Below, piece by piece: positions 57,903 to 64,000 of a stretch of DNA of 64,000 nt. The notes below the pieces were generated by a model. It was not told the DNA's origin and searched no databases. It saw nothing but the letters and a program-made list of their open reading frames with translations. The position numbers and the translations under genes were made by a program. Position 1 is the first letter of the stretch. The number at the start of each line of letters is the position of its first letter. Source of the stretch: Tubiluchus corallicola (lineage: Eukaryota > Animalia > Priapulida); NCBI GenBank assembly GCA_030141605.1, contig JAQGDQ010000013.1:124001-188000 (forward strand). The letters are read 5' to 3'.

Positions 57903-59119
57903 TGAGTCAGGACCACGAAACTACGTTCTCAACGCTTTCAACTCAGTGTTTCTTGAAAATGACCTCAGTAAAAGAACAATAGCGCAAGAAGAGTTGCTGT
58001 CAAAGTAATAGTTCTTTTACTGTGAAAAACATCACGAATTGCCAACTTAAGAAAGGGATCGACGGTAAGTACAGAAAAATACACTGATTTACGCATTTAT
58101 TAGTTGTCGTACTGGGAGCCTCAGTGAAGCAGTTCTGGTTCGATGTTGTTCTTGCTAAGGCGGAGTAAATCACCATAAGTGAAATGGCTTGTCCCCCAAA
58201 AGTTGATGATTCGGCGAAGAAAAGGTATCTACGATAATTTGTTTTACTATGGAAGATACTGGTCTGCCCATCCGCCACGTTTCTATATTTTTTGAGTACT
58301 ATTACATTTTGCCTTTTCTTTTTTTTCGTATTTGCTTGTTTGTTTGTCATTGCATATTTATTTCTATTATTTATTTTGTTTATATATTTTGGTTGGATAG
58401 TTGATCGGTCGGTTAGTTGGCTGGTTCTTTAAGTTAGTTATAGTTAATTATTATTTAGGAAATTTAAACTCGAAGCATCTCTAATAAGAGAATTATCCCT
58501 GATAATACGATAGATTCCAGTCTCTTGCCTGCAATCGCGCATCTCTACGTAAGTCACGTATAGGTCTACCAATGAATAGCTTAGACAGAGTACACAGACA
58601 GTAATTAACACGTACAATGCCTGTACCGTCGCATAACGTCTTTTATGCCTTGTGATCGTGATCTAAAGTTAATTTGGTGGTATGCAGCATTTTTGCAATT
58701 TGATCGCAGAGTGTCATATTATCTCATATATTCCTTATATGCCGAATTAAATAATAATTAATTTGCCTAAAAATTAATGTCATAAGGCATGTTAATTGCC
58801 TAAAATGTTGTACACAAAAAATGCTATACACACCACTACTATACACAGGTCGCTTAAAACTGAAGTGCAGTGATTACAGAAAAGTCAAAATTTGTCTTTA
58901 TGTTGTTCGTGCAGTAATTGTGAGCTTTCACTTTAGCATAATTCTTGAACAATGCCGATCAAGAGAAAGCAAAGGACTGAAAGGGAAAAGTTTATGGAAA
59001 AGACTATAGGTTTCAATTAGATCAACGAATAAACCATGCAACGTAACACAACCTACAGCTTGAAAGTGAACGTTAACCAACCTATAGCTTGAAAGACGAA
59101 AATAATTGTGTAGGCCTGT

Positions 59120-59218
59120 CTTGGTCACGTGACATATCCGGGGGTGTGACAGTTCCAAAGAAGAGTCGCATGCGCAGTAAGCTTTGTGATAATGCCCATG
59201 GCGTTTGGCGAAACCTAG
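59120..59218 (+). promoter_or_regulatory. CpG-rich promoter and first exon of an unidentified downstream (+) gene
   Basis: GTCACGTGAC (59124-59133, CLEAR/USF E-box), CGCATGCGCA (59167-59176, NRF1-like), strong donor tag|gtgagt at 59218/59219 and a strong acceptor at 59568. Confidence 0.55.
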
Positions 59219-62200
59219 GTGAGTTTCTTTTCTGTTTTTCACTGTTTTTGATAACGAATAACAACAGTAAAGATTTGCCGTAGCAATAAAATAAAAGAGC
59301 ATTCTTTTTTTCAAACTTTCACAGTATTGTTCATTCTAAAAAGCAGTTATTGCACTTTTATCATGTGTTTCTGTGAAGGCTGTTTGTTTCGTTCGCTACC
59401 ATTTTCTGCATGTTTCTACTGCTAATCGGCTTCGTTTCAAACAAACGTATCTTTTAACATGAAATTGTAACATTGAATAATGTTAGAACGGTGCACTTCG
59501 TTGTTAAGTTTTTTCTCTATGATTTTAATTTTACGCCTTTCCTTGTTTTGTTGTTTTTACTTCTGTAGTTGCGGCCGTTCGATTGTGCGAAAAATTTTTG
59601 ATGGCGTCTGAGATGAAAACGAGGCTGTGTTTTATGGATTTAGCAGCGGCGGACGGTGTTTCCCCGCTTGCATTCTCTCCGTACAATAGTTACTGTATTC
59701 TTCTTTGCACTAAGAAAACTACGTTAACCGAAAAACTGAGAAGTGCTCTCTTAATCATTTTTAATTTTAACTATACATTAAAAACTTCTGCCATCTGTAT
59801 GCCAGTGCTGTTTTACTTGCTTGAACAGTTGCTAAAATTAGTCTCGCTGAATGTGTGAAAGTGTTCCGCCTGAATTAGGGAGTCAGCACGTCTCCTCGAT
59901 CTGTTGATTGCTTAATAATGTTTGTCAGTACTACTGTCGTTTGCTTACTTTCTGTTTGCTTACTGTATTAGCAGCAACCAGCTGTATTAGTTTAAAACAG
60001 CTATGTTTTAAATTAATGCAGTCTTGCAAAATTTTATAATTGTTTCACCATCAACACTTTATTGATTGTACTTTAACATTTACATTTTGCTATCTATTGA
60101 CTAAGTGAAGTTCCTATAAGTCTTCAAAAGAGCTTTGGTAATATTTTGCTAATGCTGTTGCCTTCATAAAGTTTTGTTGATAATAATATGCCATTTTCGT
60201 TTCTACAGGTTGTTGTGTAATGAAATTTATTTTCTTTGCAGGTAAACTAACTATACACTACAGTTTGTACAATGTACATAGTGAACATATTTTTTATACA
60301 TACTTTTTGAAAATTATCAATGTTTCATTATAGTAATGTATATATTTATTTGTAACTTGAGAGAATGTGGGGTGAAGACATTGCTTATGTATTAAATTAT
60401 CAGTGGGAGTGAGAGATTATGGAGGGAGAGAGAGTCATAATTTTATTAATAAATAATCTAATTTAGATAATCTAATAACCTAATCTAGTTTTAACGTGAA
60501 TTATAGTCGTAAAAATGTTTTTTAATCATTTTTCAAACAATATTGACTTTTCTACAATGCAAAGCTTCGTTGATTTCTGCTTGTGCCCGTGCATTATTAG
60601 CCAGGGACTGCGTGCAACTGATGCAAGGAGGCTTAATAAAATTAATGTACACTTTCTCATTAGTAGAATTATAAATATCGATATTGCATTTTTGGTTCTA
60701 TTCAAACTGCCTAGTTGGCGTCAACTTTCGCAAGAACAAATTCTAGGCCTGAGAGTTTAGCACAAAACGAGGCTAGATGCATTAGCTGTCAGTCTGCCAC
60801 AAATTAAACGTTGAGCTGTACTGCTTAGACGTTTGTGTAGATTCTTTTAACTGGGAGTGTGATCGCGACCTGGCACAGCCAGTTACTTTACGTCTCTATC
60901 GATCAATGATAATATGTAGTCACGTGACGCAACTGCCGCTATGTCAGCTAAATAATTTCTTGCATTGGCGTGTTATTTGCTCGCAGCCACTAATGACGCT
61001 GAATTAAAAATTTGCATGCTGAAACCAATTAAAATCTTGAGATTTGAAAATTTAGAGTGTGTCTTAAATGACATTTAGGGTAATTTTTGCAATTAACTCC
61101 TTTCAAGTAGTTGAATCAATAAATTCATCTCTTTAATCTAGCATTAACTTACGATCGTTTTTATATTAATTTTTATTATCTCTCATTGATATCTTTCATT
61201 TGATTCTTGAGCAGTGCTTAACCTGAACGATTCGGTAAATTCAGTAAGTTTAGAAGGTACGAAAACGAAAAAAGCGATAAATACGTTGCAGTCAGCAGAA
61301 ATTTAACATTTTTCATCAGTAATGTGGTGTATGTTAATAAACTAGCGTCATGCTAGTATTTAAAATTCTAGCGTTTTAGAAGTAAACACCTAAAATATAT
61401 AACATCTATTTTTCGTTGAAAATGGATTATGAAGAGTTACAGGCTGGAAGTTGTAGCTTGTATGATATTACCCCTGCCTGTGTGTCGTTCATCATCTCAC
61501 CGTTTATCCTCGAATGAGTTATTCCAGTTTACATTATATTTTAGCAGGTCCTGCTGCTAAGCGCTGAAGCCTAGATCCTAGCTATTAGTCTCCATCGTTC
61601 CACCGATACCCTAATAAAAAAGAGACTTCTAAGAAAAATACTTAGGTGTCCAGAACTAGCTAAAGAAATTTTGTCAGAGGAGAGATAACCTGTGGAAAAA
61701 AGAAATTGATCTCTCTCTATCTCTGCCTGATTATTTTCTCTTTCCCAAACTTCCCAACTCTTTTTCTTCCTTCCATTTATATTTTGACTCCTGTTGTCTA
61801 ATCAGACTTGGCTGGAGTCCCTTCGAATGTGCCGTTATTCGTACTAGAAATCTAAAATGACTAATGACTTGAAATGTAATCCCGATTAAAACAGGTGACC
61901 TTCCCCCAATCACTATATACATACAGCTTGCTTGCTTTCAGTGCGTGTTTTCCCGCTGGTAATTTCGGTGGTTAGAAAACCGCGAAGATGGCCTAGAATT
62001 GTCATCCACTGACATTTCCAAAATGTCACGACTATAACCCTTGGTCTGAAATTGGTACGAGTGTAATAATAAATAAAATACTGGGTACAACCGTCCGGAA
62101 CAAGGACAATACGTTTTACCACATGCAGAAATACAATTTCAAACGCAAATTGGATGAATTGCAAGTTTTTCCCTCTCCTCACTCGTCTTGTGGTTTGAAC

Positions 62201-62799
62201 AGATGCGTTGCTTTAATAGAATATTGAGTTGAATAGCTAGTGGGCGTTGTTGAACAAGCTAGCTTAAAAGCTAGTAAGTTTTCATAGCGCTAAATCATGC
62301 ACGAGATAAGATGTCGGTGACTTATTCTCTTGGCGAATAGCTGTGTCTGTTCGCTAACGTTATGCAGTAACATTGTTTATATATATATTATGTGAAACGT
62401 GTAAACTAATTATTATATGTAATAAATTACAAGTCAGTGTTCAATGCCCGGATTTGGGGAAATCTCAGTTTTTTTTCTAAATCTGACCATGCTTATTCTT
62501 GCAGCCATGACATTAAGACACATTAAAACTTAATTGCTTTCAGAGAACTGTAATAATAAACTGAAGTGACAGTAAGAAACTCATAGTTTCAATATGGGGC
62601 CAAATGTCTTCTGAGTTAGATCTGTGTGTCTTTGACATTTCTACTAGCCTGTTAAGCAGTCTATTTCTATCTTCTTATCAAGTAATTCCTATAGTAAATT
62701 TTAGTATGTCCTTAATTGTGTTTGTTTTATCAGGTTGAGCTAGACAGCTGTTGCTCTTTCGAACTTTGGGACTTTTGTCACAGTCTCCAGCTGCCATTT

Positions 62800-63270
62800 A
62801 GTTAGGCTATGATAATTGTTCGTTTTAGCTAAATATTTTGTCGGCTTGTCGAAAGATGATGCCATTTCTTAGATTTGCCTGATTTTGGAATAAGGTGATT
62901 CTCAAGATGCGGTAAACAGGTAGAAACATCAATACCTGCACAACTAATGGTGGTCGTAATAGGAGGATCAAGGTCAGCTCACTGCAAAGAATTTGAGTTT
63001 GGGTGTCACCTACTGACAACTCAACATAGGTGAAAAAAATCCAAAAAGAGAGTCCAGAGAGTGGTAGGCTTAGTGGGAGAATCCAGGTGAGCTTAATGTA
63101 AGGACCATACTGACAGCTTAACATTGATAGATTTGACCTTTCCAGAAGGGAGGATCCAGGATTCGTACAATTGCAACTAAAGCGTTATAGAATCAGGTTT
63201 TATCATGCAAATGTCAGGTGTAGATGCTAGGTGTTGGGTGAGAATTGTTGGGTACTGACATGCAATGGCA
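62800..63270 (-). mobile_element. Possible decayed LINE endonuclease (APE) fragment, CR1/L2-like
   Basis: Higher-GC island; minus-strand fragments such as ELTLILLLRPPLVVQVLMFLPVYR and GIIF loosely recall APE IYRPP/GGGV motifs. Confidence 0.3.
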
Positions 63271-64000
63271 TTGAGGTTAAAGGTCACATGTGGACACAGT
63301 GTTGAAATATAGAGGTTATAAGTTTAAACAGCATATCAACTTATGAGACAATTGTGCGAAACTATCAACTTGTTCTCGGTAACAGAAGCAATTAAAGGAA
63401 TGGCTGATGCATCTGATCATGAAGATCAACACATCACACTCACATTAATTAGACACTGTTTGTTTTTATGCTACATAATTAGTCAGATTAAGAGATCAAA
63501 ACGTCTAAACAATTAACAACATGTGGACATGACATAGATAATCACACTTTAAAATCTCATCTCAGGTTTAAGTGCAAGGTATCTTTTCTAATTCTCTTTT
63601 GACGCTTTCGACTTGGGTATTCTTTCAGTTATATAACATGGATGCAATATAGTAGTGCTCATGCTAACTGAATTTTTAATCACACATTTGGACAATAAAA
63701 CACTATGGTAAAGATCGTATCATTTAAGGCTAATTTTGATTCATTAGTCTGAATTTTTTTGTAGAAGCAGTTTTCCAATAGTAACTGGCTGTGGTGTTTG
63801 TTCTGTAGAATTATGCCCACGATCTAAATCATGTAGTCTCTTACAAATAAACCTTATAGGTATCAACCCAATGCCTGAAAGTATCACTTCTATCAAGTAC
63901 TGTCTTGCCATATTTGCAAAAAAGAACATTCTTTTCCATTCCTATTTGGTTGGCTGAAACATACAGTTATAGACCATCAGCTGTAGCGGATAGCCCTATA

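Noticed and set aside
61731-62182. Two adjacent minus-strand ORFs (89 and 63 aa)
   Set aside because: No recognisable domain or splice pattern; probably decayed transposon sequence.

Overview
AT-rich eukaryotic genomic DNA from an invertebrate animal, with GT-AG spliceosomal introns. The exact taxon cannot be determined from the sequence. Exon chains were assembled by hand by checking splice sites and phase. (1) 656-9837 (+): the 3' part of an unnamed coiled-coil protein with TQT-like motifs and a C-terminal finger with UBZ1-type C2H2 spacing. One intron carries an antisense U6 snRNA gene (4956-5066) with a TATA box and T5 terminator but unusual insertions in the catalytic ISL/U4-pairing region. 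(2) About 18548-41566 (+): a MYT1/MYT1L/ST18-family neural C2H2C zinc-finger transcription factor (six fingers, ~1576 aa), with a candidate cassette exon and a candidate alternative terminal exon. (3) 46049-51966 (-): a PCMTD1/2-like gene (~687 aa) whose split SOCS box has a much longer spacer than the human protein. (4) From ~59100 (+): the probable promoter and 5' exons of a fourth, unidentified gene. The rest is MITEs, decayed LINE fragments (RTE, CR1/L2), tRNA-derived elements and microsatellites. No prokaryotic features or CRISPR arrays were seen.
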